A stretch of DNA of 64,000 bases from Octopus vulgaris (taxonomy: Eukaryota). Location: positions 202,678,001 to 202,742,000 of the forward strand of contig OX597815.1 of the NCBI GenBank assembly GCA_951406725.2, in the 5' to 3' direction. Both the position numbers and the translations under genes were made by a program. Positions 14,304-27,706 of the stretch are shown here, in pieces. The notes beneath the pieces were generated by a model. That model saw only the letters and a program-made list of their open reading frames with translations. It had not been told where the DNA came from and made no database searches. The stretch's first letter is position 1. Each line of letters begins with the position of its first letter.

Positions 14304-14566
14304 ATTCGAGACAATTTGGTTAAAAGCTTTCGGTAAAAGCTGCTGCTAGAATCAAATTCGGACAGAGAGAATATACGTGTTGTACCTTCGATAGCCATGT
14401 CTCAAGTCGCTGCTTGCTGGACGCTGGTGGTCAACGTCTTACGATCCCCTTGCCTCGGCTAACTGCTACGTAGGCAAAAGGGTTCTTCTTCCGGTGGTGA
14501 AAGCACCAAACCCGCACGCGCGAAATACAAATGGACGGTGCGCGAGCACGCGCCGTTGTATAGGAT

Positions 14567-14597
<31 letters not shown>

Positions 14598-14928
14598 CAC
14601 TTACATATACATATATATATATACTCACATACACATATACATATTCATGTACATAAGTGTGGTAGTGTGGTAAGAAGCTTGCTTACCAACCTCATGGTTA
14701 CGGGTTCAATCTCACTGCGTAGCATTTTGGGAGGTGCCTTCTGCTATAGCCTCGTGCCAACCAATACCTTGTTAGTGGATTTGGGAGACGGAAACTGAAA
14801 GAAACCCGCGTCCAGCAAGCAGCGACTTGAGACATGGCTATCGAAGGTACAACACGTATATTCTCTCTGTCCGAATTTGATTCTAGCAGCAGCTTTTACC
14901 GAAAGCTTTTAACCAAATTGTCTCGAAT

Positions 14929-14970
<42 letters not shown>

Positions 14971-15193
14971 ATATATACACGACGGGTTTCTTTCAGTTTC
15001 CGTCTCCCAAATCCACTAACAAGGTATTGGTTGGCACGAGGCTATAGCAGAAGGCACCTCCCAAAATGCTACGCAGTGAGATTGAACCCGTAACCATGAG
15101 GTTGGTAAGCAAGCTTCTTACCACACTACCACACTTATGTACATGAATATGTATATGTGTATGTGAGTATATATATATATGTATATGTAAGTG

Positions 15194-15224
<31 letters not shown>

Positions 15225-15480
15225 ATCCTATACAACGGCGCGCGCTCGCGCACCGTCCATTTGTATTTCGCGCGTGCGGGTTTGGTGCTTTCACCACCGG
15301 AAGAAGAACCCTTTTGCCTACGTAGCAGTTAGCCGAGGCAAGGGGATCGTAAGACGTTGACCACCAGCGTCCAGCAAGCAGCGACTTGAGACATGGCTAT
15401 CGAAGGTACAACACGTATATTCTCTCTGTCCGAATTTGATTCTAGCAGCAGCTTTTACCGAAAGCTTTTAACCAAATTGT
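13890..15480. repeat. Direct-plus-inverted triplication of a ~570-bp unit (Helitron-like end + (TA)n + SINE fragment)
   Basis: Unit 1 is 13890-14460 and a partial direct copy is 14461-14808. An inverted run 14808-15480 follows. Identical 61-aa and near-identical 86-aa ORFs appear on opposite strands. Confidence 0.95.
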
Positions 15481-16029
15481 TGCAGACTACATCATCTTCC
15501 TTTCTCCGGACGCCATCTTTGACAAGTGTCGTTTTGCATTTGAACACTTTCTTATTTTACAGCGATAAGGTTCAGCTGAGACACATCTATACCAAAGGGA
15601 TGCCAGATACACCAATTATCTGTTACCACATAAGAGAATAAAGTAGATATATATTATTTACGTCTGCGTCTTGTTTGTTTCTGACGGGTAGAATTCTGGA
15701 TTATTAAAGCAACGGAAAGTGATTGCTTCTCGCACCCCCAAAAAGTCCAGAGAAGATAATTCACACATGTCGTTACATATACTTACATATACATAAATAT
15801 ATATATATATATATACACGACTGTAGAATATTTAATATGAAATTTACTTTTATGTTTTACCAACATGTGCAACTTTGTACGTGGTATTGGCAAATGGAAC
15901 ATGTTTAATGGTGAATAAACAGTACCAAAAATTTTCGAACTGCCTGCCTTGTTAAGTAATAACTCTGCAAACAATATTTCCAGAATTTTCAACCCTAATA
16001 TGTAAAACGCATCATTATCTAAGAAAGCG

Positions 16030-16070
<41 letters not shown>

Positions 16071-16237
16071 TATGTATGTGTGTGTGTACGTATGTATGTA
16101 TGCATGTATTTATATATGTATATGTATAGTCATCCTATAAATAATGTGGTTTTTTATTTTCCAAAATTAAAATAAAGTTCTTTTAAATCTAAAATATACT
16201 CTCCTTCATTTCATTTTCTACAATACTCTGCCATCTA

Positions 16238-16404
<167 letters not shown>

Positions 16405-16577
16405 GCGGGTGAGAGAGAGAGAAAGAGAGCGAGAGAGAAATCTGTAAATGTATAACCTATAATTTTTAATTTGTGTTACTTCATATACATTCAATAACGA
16501 ACGTACGTACATTCATACGTACTCAACATGTACCATACTTCACTTTCTGACTGATCACTAGATCTCAGAAACACATG

Positions 16578-17116
16578 TGTAGGATTGCCAGCAATATCCT
16601 CTCTCTTATATCTGGAGTCAGAGAATGAATTTTCCGGAAAATATCTATCTACGAAGAACTACTACGAAGTACTGTCTCGGTTCTCTTCTCTTTCGTCTGT
16701 CATATCTTTATATATAAAAGTGAAGTTGTGTGTCTGTCTCCTATGATTTAGATTCCTAACTACTCCCACATTTTGCGGTGCAGTGTAACCAAAACCGGGT
16801 ATCTTATAGTCGTGCTTCATATCGAGCCCTTCTGGGTATTAGCGCGCGTCTACGATGAGTCTACGATTTAAAAAAAAAATTACCAACATTTTTTCCATTT
16901 TAATGCATTTTTTTCGCTAAGGGAAGTAACTCTCTAAAAATGTCTACGATGAGTCAACGATTTTAAAAAAAATTTACCATTTTTTTTTCCATTTTTAATG
17001 CATGTTTTTGCTATTTTTTTTGGATATAACTCTCTAAAAAATATAGTTATTTCCCTTACAAACCCGAGCAACGCCGGGCGATACTGCTAGTTAGAGTATA
17101 AAATTTCCGGGTATTT
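16578..17116 (+). mobile_element. Repeat fragment (possible MITE arm) interrupted by a Helitron; inverted paralog at 22310-22460
   Basis: 16578-16704 joined to 17091-17116 matches the reverse complement of 22310-22460. Confidence 0.85.
16705..17090 (+). mobile_element. Non-autonomous Helitron
   Basis: Starts TC(TTTATATATAAAA) and ends with hairpin CCCGAGCAACGCCGGG followed by CTAG. Inserted between A and T with no TSD. Confidence 0.92.
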
Positions 17117-17424
17117 ACCCAGCAATGAAGAACTTTTGGTTTCCTGATTTTCTTCCTTTGCTGCTAATTTATATTTATAATCACGTGTGTATAACAATTT
17201 TATAACTGTTTTGATGTCATTATCAACCACCTATTCATGTTTGATTTTACATTACTTTCATGAGTTTCATCGCAATATTGTGCATCGCGAAACTATATTT
17301 GTCTGGATACTATCTCCCATCCTTTGACATTGGATTGGATATTTGGTCCGTCTGAACACTAATTGCGTGTACTAATTATGGGCCTTTTGACGTACGCCTG
17401 CTCATTATTTCATTATGTGTATGT

Positions 17425-17835
<411 letters not shown>

Positions 17836-18389
17836 ATAGACAGACGTATGCATATACACTCAGCTATCACAAAAAATAAATACATACACTTCACTATCCA
17901 TTGCTATATTACCTGATTCTTGCAAGTGTATTGTTACTTCATTTTTATTTTAGATTACAGTATATCAATTAGCCGTGCTGCAAACACCGGGAACAAAAAA
18001 TTTATCTAATTTTTAAAGGTGGCCTATTGTGGGTGAATTTGTATGTAGACGCAGCAAGCGTAAGATTGCCCAAAATATCAAGATTCTTCTTGCTACCGTT
18101 TATAGATTAATTGTGAAATTCCCCAGCAAAAGACAGCAAACAACAGCATTCTGTTAATATGGACTATACTTTTCTGGGAAAGGAATTCCTACACTGAAGC
18201 AGGTTGTTAAAAACAATCCCCGTTGTAAGAGAGCTGATGTTACACAAAATATGAGTAAATATCCATCTGGGAGGTATCACTTTAGCCATGAATTTAACTA
18301 GTATGGCAGAGCAACTAGAAGGGAAGGGAACCTCTTCAAGCAGCAAATATTCAAGGAAGCAGGAAGAAATATTTTACAAATAATAGTGC

Positions 18390-18524
<135 letters not shown>

Positions 18525-18544
18525 ATTATTTATTTTTCACCAAA

Positions 18545-18720
18545 GGTGGTGAGCTAGCTGAATCGGTGGCACGCCTGGAAAAATGCTTAGCGGCATTTCA
18601 TCCGGTATTCATCCGTTCTGCATTTCACCTTTTTGGGCCGATAAAATAAGTGCCAGTTGCGTACTGCGGTCGATGTACTAGACGAAAACCCTACCCCCAA
18701 ATTTCAGGCATTGTGCCTGT
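18545..18720 (+). mobile_element. tRNA-derived SINE family B, decayed
   Basis: GGTGGTGAGCTAGCTGAATCG..AAATGCTTAGCGGCATTTC..GATAAAATAAGTGCCAGTTGCGTACTG is homologous to 56234-56464. Confidence 0.8.
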
Positions 18721-18979
18721 TCTTCACCTAACAGGGAACGGTCCATACTTTTGGACATGAAGTCTATAGTCGAAGTGGAATACGTACAGTGTGCTTACCC
18801 CGCTATGTATTTAATGACACGTTGTGTAATCAGTAAGTTGCTTATATCAGTAAGTATATGCATAACTTGAAGGGCAAATTTGTATTTAGTTTAGTATTAG
18901 TAAGTACGTATATGTCAGTGTACATTGTCGGTACACAAGTGGGAATCCTGAAAATATATATTTCAGGAAGAATAGAACT

Positions 18980-19238
18980 GGACCCCTCGGGGGTGTCAGC
19001 GTGGTCTATTGGCCTGAGACACAGACCTGGGAACACAAGGCCACAAAACGAATGACCCAGGTTCGAATTCCTCTGAAGACCGGATTTTAAAAGCAGCAGG
19101 AGGACACCTAGTATTCATGACCTAGGTGGGCCCGGGTCCCGTAGAGTATCATGAATAAGGGCTGAAACGCTTGTCAGATAGGAGTACTCCTCCTGAAGAT
19201 CTATCCTGCTGCGTGCTCGCCTTGCATTGAGTTTCTAA
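18980..19238 (+). mobile_element. GC-rich SINE-like element with tRNA-type A/B boxes and structured 3' half
   Basis: A-box-like AGCGTGGTCTATTGG and B-box CAGGTTCGAATTCCT. GCAGCAGGA/TCCTGCTGC form a 9-bp inverted repeat. Confidence 0.5.
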
Positions 19239-19257
19239 TATATATATATATATATAT

Positions 19258-19654
19258 ACTCTTTTACTTGTTTCATTCTGTTGACTGCGGCCATGCTGGA
19301 GCACCGCCTTTAGTCCAGCAAATCAACCCCAGGACTTATTCTTTGTAAGCCTAGTACTTATTCTATCGGTCTCTTTTGCCGAACCACTAAGTTACGAGGA
19401 CGTAAACACACCAGCATCGGTTGTCAAGCGATGTTGGGGTAGGGGGGACAAACACAAACATATACACACGCACACACATATATATATACATATATACGAC
19501 TGGCTTCTTTCAGTTTCCGTCTACCAAATTCACTCACAAGGCTTTGGTCGGCTCGAGGCTATAGTAGAAGACACTTGCCCAAGGTGTCACGCAGTGGGAC
19601 TGAATCCGGAACTATGTGGTTCGTAAGCAAGCTACTTACCACACAGCCACTCCT
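19258..19654 (-). mobile_element. tRNA-derived SINE family A (Octopus-type), near full length
   Basis: Reverse complement of the AGGAGTGGCTGTGTGGTAAG..GGTTCAGTCCC..CCTTGGGCAAGTGTCTT..GAAACAAGTAAAAGAG family seen at 26206 and 33175. Confidence 0.92.
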
Positions 19655-20106
19655 ATATATATATATATATATACATATATATACAGATGCTCAGTTCACA
19701 ATAATATAACTCATTTGAAAAAGATTCTAGATGGAGTTGGTCCATGAAGTCTTTGCAAAAGAAAAAGTGACAACTAATTTATACAGACGATAAATTTTGC
19801 GAATCCAAATAACAAATAATATATATTGCTTAAAATTGAGTGGCAACGATCAAAGGAAATATGTTGAACACCACATTCATTTAAAAAAATAACATAGATT
19901 GACATAGCCACACACATACTTACACAAGCACACGTACATGTGTGTGTGTGTGCGTGTGTACACATATACATAATCAAAAGCAAGCACGAATACAAAGATT
20001 TTTCTTCTAAAATTCTCACGAGTTAAATATATTTATATTCATTTATCTGTCTATCTACCCTATCTCTATTTCCTTCTGCTTCTCTCTCTCTCTCACTCTC
20101 TCTCTC

Positions 20107-20150
<44 letters not shown>

Positions 20151-20254
20151 CACGCGCACACACATACACATTATACATGTGCGTGTGTGTGTGGCGTGAT
20201 GTGGTGTGTGTGTGTGTATGAGGACATACTTCTCATTTGTCTTTTCCTTTGCAG

Positions 20255-20306
20255 TTTTGGCGAGAGGAGACTCAAATAATTAATCAACTTATTCTGTTAT
20301 AATAAA
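20255..20306 (+). CDS. Candidate terminal exon (xLARGDSNN*) with AATAAA at 20301
   Basis: Strong acceptor TTTGTCTTTTCCTTTGCAG|. Phase is compatible with the 13844-13876 microexon, stop at 20281-20283. Confidence 0.25.
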
Positions 20307-20492
20307 TACATTATACTCCATTATACTTCAGTCTGGCACTAATATGTGACTTATGTTCCCGTTCTTTATTTTAAATAACAGATTCATATACATAGTTACG
20401 CGAATAATCGCAGTTAATTGAAATGTTTCCACTCGCTATATCATATACATGAGACCCCTCAGATTTAGGGACATCTTATATATACATATACA

Positions 20493-21718
20493 CAGGGGTT
20501 GCACAAAATAATTGGAACACGTATTAAATTCAAAGAATATTTATTTAATATGGAGCTCGTTCTCCTTTAGCTTTCTGAACAGCTTCGATGCGTCTAGGAA
20601 TTGATTCAATCAGCTTCCTGGCATCATTGAAAGGAATCTTGAGCCATTCTTCCAAGACCTGCTCCAGCTGTTGCAGACACGACGGTGGAAGGTAACGACT
20701 TCCAAGATGCACCACAGATGCTCAATAATATTAAGATCTAGAGATTGAGGGGACCACTCCATGTGTTGTAGCTCACTACTATGCTCTTCATACCAATTCT
20801 TAACTACATGAGAAGTGTGTATTGGAGCATTGTCATCTTGGAAGCAGCACTCACCATCAGAGAATAATGTCTGGATCATAAGAAGGACTGGATTTCCCAA
20901 AATATTTAGATAATCATTACTGTTGATCCTACTAAGCTTGGGCAACTATTGGACCAAGAAATCGCTGCTCAAACCATCACAGATCATCCTCCATGCTTCA
21001 CTTTAGGAAAGAGGCAGTCACGATTAAAAACTTCCCCGGGCTGCCTCCACACATAAAATCGCTCTGCAGTGGGGAAAAGAGAAAAACTGGCCTCATCGGA
21101 GAATATTACTTGCTTCCATTCTTCTGTCGACCAGCCCTTATGATCTCTACACCAGTTCAGCCTTTGCTGAATGTTTTGATCAGAAAGCAGAGGTTTCCTG
21201 ATAGCTGCTCTTCCATGATATCCAGCTTTATTGATCTCATGGCGAACAGTTTGGGTCGAAACCGGGCTAGTCAGATGTTGATTCAACTCCGTAGTCACTT
21301 TAGGGGCAGCTGTCCAGTGACTTTTCATCACGATGCAATTCAACACTCGTCGGTCTCTTTCAATGAGCTTCGAAAAGTCATGCTGGAGGCTCTGCCCTGC
21401 ATCTCCAATTCAGTCATGGTCCTTGATATGGTAGATTTCGGAAAAACCAAGGAGTTCAACTGTTCTGGTGACGGAACATCCTGACATTCGAGCGCCAACA
21501 ATTTGGCCATTTTCGAAATCAGTGAAGTCATGCATCTTAGCATAATTTTTTACTGAGATCTAAAAAAGTTATAGAAATAATCATTGAATTAGATAAATAA
21601 AGCCATCTACAATACAAAAAATAACACAATGAAATGTGGCTGTGTATTTGTAATACTATGGCTCATTGAAATAGTTGAGATAAATTTCTACTATTCCAAT
21701 TATTTTGTCTAACCGCAG
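20493..21718 (-). mobile_element. Tc1-family DNA transposon, full length, frameshifted DD34E transposase
   Basis: TIRs CAGGGGTTGCACAAAATAATTGGAA / TTCCAATTATTTTGTCTAACCGCAG. Motifs VIFSDEASF, FQDDNAPIH and SPQSLDLNIIEHLW lie across ORFs 21340-21543, 20984-21346 and 20610-20945. Confidence 0.93.
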
Positions 21719-21721
21719 CAA

Positions 21722-21769
<48 letters not shown>

Positions 21770-21786
21770 AGAGCGGAAAAGAGAGT

Positions 21787-21828
<42 letters not shown>

Positions 21829-22309
21829 CAAAGAGAAAGTGAAAGCGCACTATTTATCATTATACACTGTCTGACGATCGCTATGATGACTGAAATTAAT
21901 AAAATGGTTAAAATAAATGTTTCTAACACGCTGGGTTTTTTTTAATACACGCAATAAGTATTTCTTCAAAACGGTCTATGTTGTTTCTAAGTGTTTGACT
22001 GGCAGAATGGGTTTTTAATCCCCCCTTCCTTCGTGTTTCTTACTATGTAAGTTTAAAAGAGCGATATTAATATCCTTGATTCTTGTGTACTAAAACAAAT
22101 ACACGTAGCGTACTTGTAATCTCAATCAATTATGTATTTTGTTTGGAAGAGAGCTTTATGTTTATTTAAACGGAAACACTTCAGGATAATTGTCTGTAAC
22201 CATTATGATAAATCTAGAGATATTACGCAGTTACTGACGAATGTGGCTAACCTTACTACTGTGTTAAGACTCCTAACGGCCAGCATTGATTTATTAAGAA
22301 AATACCCGG

Positions 22310-22460
22310 AAATACCCGGAAATTTTATACTCTAATATGACAGACGAAAGAGAAGAGAACCGAGACAGTACTTCGTAGTAGTTCTTCGTAGACAGTTATT
22401 TTCCGGAAAATTCAATCTCTGACTTCAGATATAAGAGAGAGGATATTGCTGGCAGTCCTT
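22310..22460 (-). repeat. Inverted paralog of 16578-17116 lacking the Helitron (empty site)
   Basis: The reverse complement reads ..TTTCGTCTGTCATA|TTAGAGTATAAAATTTCCGGG contiguously. Confidence 0.9.
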
Positions 22461-22464
22461 CACG

Positions 22465-23028
22465 TGTGTGAAAAGTCTGGCTGCATGCACGTTAGCATAT
22501 GTCAGGTGCATACAATTGACAACACAGTTAATTAAGATTTATTCAGTGAGTTCTATTCAACACATGTTTACACGTGGAATTAGCGGAATCATTATTAACT
22601 TTAGATGGCTCGCAGGTGAGGTGAACAAATTAGTGAGAGAGATAAACTGGCAATACTTCTACGCTACCAGCAAATTAAAGATGGGGTCGCAAATGAAACA
22701 GTGAGTGATCTTTGCAATGCCTTTCAAGTATATCGCAATATATCAGCGCGAATTTATAAAAAATGCAACTCTTTGTGGAACAATACAGCCAAAAACAGCG
22801 TTCTGGGCGACCAAGCCTTGTCAAAATTGCTGCTATACAAGAAAGAATGGTCTATGCTATTCATGAAAGGCGTGCTGCAACCAGTAGACAACTTGGTAGA
22901 GGATTGGGATGCTCTAACAGTACAGCAAATATAGTGTCGTGGTGGTAACGGATACGTGTAATAAATTTTGTGTTTATTTTTGTTTCATAATATATATTTT
23001 TTTCGAATGCAGCCAGACTTTTCACACA
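22465..23028 (+). mobile_element. MITE / internally deleted Tc1-mariner-like element
   Basis: Perfect 22-bp TIRs TGTGTGAAAAGTCTGGCTGCAT (22465-22486) and ATGCAGCCAGACTTTTCACACA (23007-23028). Internal peptide KQRSGRPSLVK..TSRQLGRGLGCSNST is HTH-like. Confidence 0.85.
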
Positions 23029-23458
23029 TACTAATTATTTTAATAACTAAAGTTGTAAAACTCCTATTATTCTTATCTGTGGACATTTACAACGAAACTC
23101 TTGTTCACTAAGAAAGTCATAGTACATTATTCAATACTTTCTTCCGCATTTCCAAAATTTGCAAGTGGCTCCTAGTTACGTTTTCAGTAAGTCGATTTAC
23201 GTGGTTTTGATTGACCTGGTTTTGCAGTCACACTTACTCAGCAAGTCTTTATTTGCATCCCGCCCAAATATACTTCAGCATCGCACAACCTGCCTCGATA
23301 TGGACCAGCCGTTTCATTTCAGCTGCACCGTTAGATATTGACACAAGAGGGAAACGTATCTTAAATGGCCCTCCGAACAAATTGCAAACTGGCTGGCTTG
23401 ATTTCCAACAATCTGCTTTACAATTTATTATCGCTCTGTCTGTGTGTCTCTCTCTCAC

Positions 23459-23538
<80 letters not shown>

Positions 23539-23645
23539 ATGCGCATCGAATATATTCCTACAACTAAGAAACGTGCGAATTAGTGAACGCGTTTATTAAA
23601 CATCAGATTATCTATTTACATACCACGATAATGGCGGCAAGGCGA

Positions 23646-23698
23646 AAGAAGAAGAAGAAGAAGAAGAAGAAGAAGAAGAAGAAGAAGAAGAAGAAGAA

Positions 23699-23745
<47 letters not shown>

Positions 23746-23761
23746 AGAAGAAGAAGAAGAA
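23646..23761. repeat. (GAA)n microsatellite; (CT)n at 23463-23535
   Basis: Seen directly. Confidence 0.97.
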
Positions 23762-24272
23762 TCGAAGCGTCGAAAGGAGTACCTCGTGCTAATTGATTCT
23801 GCCTCTTTCCGTCCTTTTATGTTCATGTCGATGTTACCATTCTATCTTCCAAGGCAATAACATCTCCACCAAACTACTTTCGATTAAAAGCATTTGAAGG
23901 GATCGTCTCATCATGATCGCAGTCCAATATCTCGTTATTAATATCATAAAAGATTGTATATGCGAAAAAGATAATAGTATTTATATAATTGACATTATGA
24001 TGAGAATGAAGATGACGATGATGTAGGGATGTGTATGAAGACGGAGAGAAATGCTATAACCATCGCTTGAGCAGAGATTTTTTTTTTAATATATATTATC
24101 TGATTTGTTCTTTTTGCCGTTCTATGTGTAAACAGCGTGTATATTGCTTGTAAATCCTATTTGTGCAGCTAATGAGTTTTGTCGTATTGGTACTTCTTTT
24201 TACTTGCTAACCATAGTCCAATATATTTTTGCCCGGAAGCGTAGACAAAAAAATCAGTCAGAAAATTATTCA

Positions 24273-24477
<205 letters not shown>

Positions 24478-24700
24478 GAGCGATTTGAAAGAGTTATGCA
24501 AATATATATGGAAATATATATTTGAATAATCTCTTGGTGTCAATTCTTATAATTTATGAAATGACGGAATGGTAAAATATGTAGTTTACTCGTAGTATTT
24601 CTTAGCCTCTATTTACACTATAGGTTCCATTCCATGAATGTCAATTTTGTCATTCTTGTTTCAATAACCGGTAGAGTATAATAGTCGATATGATCGACTT

Positions 24701-25285
24701 TACGACGGTGGGCTAAAAGGTTCATAGGCTTACAATGAAGGTGTAACGCTAGGTCTGTGAAATTTTGCGTGCATTAATTTCAGTCCTTTTATTCGTAACT
24801 ACATTATTTCATCCGACTGTTCAAAGACTATTTCAAAATTAGCTAGTAGTGACATCTCTTAAAAAAAGGACAATGTTTGTCAAGTACCTGCAGAAAAAGG
24901 GGTTTAGCTCCCACCGACATTCATGCAGATATGGTTGCTAGATTGAAGGATGACGTTCCCGTTTTATCAACAGTGTAATAGTGGGTGGCTGAATTTACGA
25001 CGACAAGGGAGGTTCTAGTAACCCAAGGTCTGGAAGTCCTGCAGCTGCCACCACCGAGGAAAAATATTGATTGTGTTCACCACATGCTGATCGATGACAG
25101 GCGATTGAGTATAAATCAAATAGCCAATGCTACTAGCATATCCCGTAGAGAGTTGAAAATATTCTGCCCCATGAACTTGACATGAAGTTTTCTTCTCTGT
25201 GAATGTCACGTCTTCTGACACCTGATCAAAACGTACTATGCTGATCACATAACGGGAAAATCTGATATTGTTCGGAGAAGATTTC
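24701..25285 (+). pseudogene. Mariner (DD34D-type) element, 5' TIR and transposase N-terminal fragment
   Basis: TACGACGGTGGGCTAAAAGGTTC is TIR-like. Peptides KYLQKKGLAPTDIHADMVA, PRSGSPAAATTEENID, DDRRLSINQIA and SRLLTPDQK. Confidence 0.85.
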
Positions 25286-25639
25286 TGTAAACGTGGTCTA
25301 ATGACTAAAACCTTGTCTTCTTGTTTACTAAAATGTTTTTGCATTTATTAATTTCTTACACATGGTGTTTTTTAATTCCTATTTTCGTATTCATAATGTT
25401 TTTTTCTAAACATCATGTGAGGTCATTTTAACAGCAATCTTGTGAAGTATCTACGCAGACCATTCTTGACTGTAAACATTAATTTCATTCAATCTTATTC
25501 TATCTCTACTAATGGAGACATGAAATCAAGTTGTAAGGATATATACGGTATCAATTTTAATTTATACGCCAACACCAAACAGAAGAAGGGAGATAACCCT
25601 TATTTAACCCCCCCCCCCACTATTTTTTTCGTTCTAAAG

Positions 25640-26050
25640 GTAAATCTATGTCCTTCAAAGATAGTTACACTAAAAATAATGTAACTAATAGAAAAACTAT
25701 TTGGTTAATTATTCCTTATGGGAGAAAAATTAAATCTAATCTTCCTTTGCAATTTCATAAAGTTATTACTAGGAATTTTCCAAAGAGTTCTAGGTATTAC
25801 TCTATTATCAACTCACACGCGGTTAGGATTGGTTTTTCCAACACACAAAATCTCTTACAAATTATCTCCTCACATAATATTAGCCTGTTAAATAGGGATA
25901 CATTTACTAAATACTAACATTAATTTAGCTAATACTATCCATGCCACTAGAAATATTAATAACACGGTTATTGTATCTAAAGTCAATTACAACAGAATCA
26001 AGTTTATGTCAAGTAAATCTAAAATTAAAAATTCTATATACCAGTGTAAA

Positions 26051-26052
<2 letters not shown>
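25640..26052 (+). pseudogene. Penelope-like element fragment (Naiad-type thumb/linker region)
   Basis: [58 protein letters not shown] matches the pattern between RT and GIY-YIG in Naiad-like PLEs. Confidence 0.65.
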
Positions 26053-26082
<30 letters not shown>

Positions 26083-26119
26083 ATATATATACATATATAA
26101 ATATATATATATATATACG

Positions 26120-26157
<38 letters not shown>

Positions 26158-26166
26158 TATATATAT

Positions 26167-26205
<39 letters not shown>

Positions 26206-26207
<2 letters not shown>

Positions 26208-26376
26208 CGCAGGAGTGGCTGTGTGGTAAGTAGCTTGCTAACCAACCACATGGTTCCGGGTTTAGTCCCACTGCGTGGCATCTTGGGCAAGTGTCTTCTG
26301 CTATAGCCCCGGGCCGACCAATGCCTTGTGAGTGGATTTGGCAGACGGAAACTGAAAGAAGCCTGTCGTATATATG

Positions 26377-26407
<31 letters not shown>

Positions 26408-26614
26408 GTTTGTGTGTCTGTGTTTGTTCCCCTAGCATTGCTTGGCAACCGATACTGGTGTGTTTACGTCCCCGTCACTTAGCGGTTCGGCAAAAGAGAC
26501 CGATAGAATAAGTACTGGGCTTACAAAGAATAAGCCCCGGTTCGATTTGCTTGACTAAAGGCGGTGTTCCAGCATGGCCGCAGTCAAATGACCGAAACAA
26601 GTAAAAGAATAAAG
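26206..26614 (+). mobile_element. tRNA-derived SINE family A, full length
   Basis: GGCGCAGGAGTGGCTGTGTGGTAAG head with A/B boxes, CORE-like CTTGGGCAAGT, internal microsatellite and GTAAAAGA tail. Confidence 0.95.
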
Positions 26615-26622
26615 TGTAATGA

Positions 26623-26698
<76 letters not shown>

Positions 26699-26889
26699 AA
26701 TACAATAAATGAGAAAACTAAATTCTGTGTGTCAGTGTCCCACATTTTGACTCCCTCTCATACTATTTAATGACACTTTCTCGTGCTGGGGTGAGAGTAA
26801 TTCTAAGAATAGAGACGCTGAGGGCGGTGGTGAAGAGAGAGTATGTGAGAGAGCTGATTTAGTCTGTAAATATATATAATTGTTGAAAC

Positions 26890-27180
26890 GGCAGAACAGA
26901 TCCCAAAGATAAATGGAGGTCTATATCGTGATGATTGCTTACTTTACCTTCGAAATGTTTCTGAGCAAAAAGTACAAAAAGTCAAGAATAGTTTAATTAA
27001 GTTTTTTTTTCCGTAGAATGGGCTTAAGCATTGTTTTTGATGATGATGTAACGAAGGCCAACTTTTTAGATATTACACTTAACTTACGCACTAATTCGTA
27101 CTTCCCATACCACAAACAATCGACCAATCTTAAGTATATTAGCAAATTCAGTAATCATTCTAGGGCAATTGCTAGGAACT
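26890..27180 (+). pseudogene. Penelope-like RT fragment (YRDD)
   Basis: IPKINGGLYRDDCLLYL..KANFLDITLNLRTNSYFPYHK..LKYISKFSNHS. Confidence 0.8.
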
Positions 27181-27193
27181 ACTTTATCAAAAA

Positions 27194-27706
27194 CTAGCAG
27201 TATCGCCCGGCGTTGCTCGGGTTTGTAAGGGAAATAACTATATAAGCATTTTTAGAGAGTTACTTCCCTTATAGATGCCAATTCGGGCTTTCTTAGCCAT
27301 TTCTGTTTTGGTGTCTTCAAGCCATGAAGTCGTTGTTCTAAAAGAACGCTGGTCTCCTTGACAACGCTTTACGACGTTGATTTCCTTACACTCCCTTCCC
27401 CACAGCTTCACGAGGGAGGGAAGAAGGGGGAGAAGCAAACAGTTGCAGGTGTGACCATGGACGCCAACTCCGCCGCCATCGACACACGAAACATTATGCA
27501 TTAAAATGGAATAAAAAATGATGTTAAATTATTTTTAAAATCGTAGACTCATCGTAGATGCGCGCTAATAGCCAGAAGGGCTCGATATGAATTACGACTA
27601 TAAGATACCCTAATTTGGTTAAACTGCACCGCAAAATGTGGGAGTAGTTAGGAATCTAAATCGAAGGGGACAGGCACTCACACAACTACAGTTTTATATA
27701 TATAGA
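27194..27706 (-). mobile_element. Non-autonomous Helitron, same family as 16705-17090, with a different internal segment
   Basis: CTAGCAGTATCGCCCGGCGTTGCTCGGG (reverse complement of the 3' hairpin + CTAG) at the left and TTTTATATATATAGA (5' TC) at the right. A|T target. Confidence 0.92.

Noticed and set aside
26206-26280. tRNA-like A/B boxes here and in other copies
   Set aside because: These are SINE heads continuing into SINE bodies, with no complete cloverleaf.
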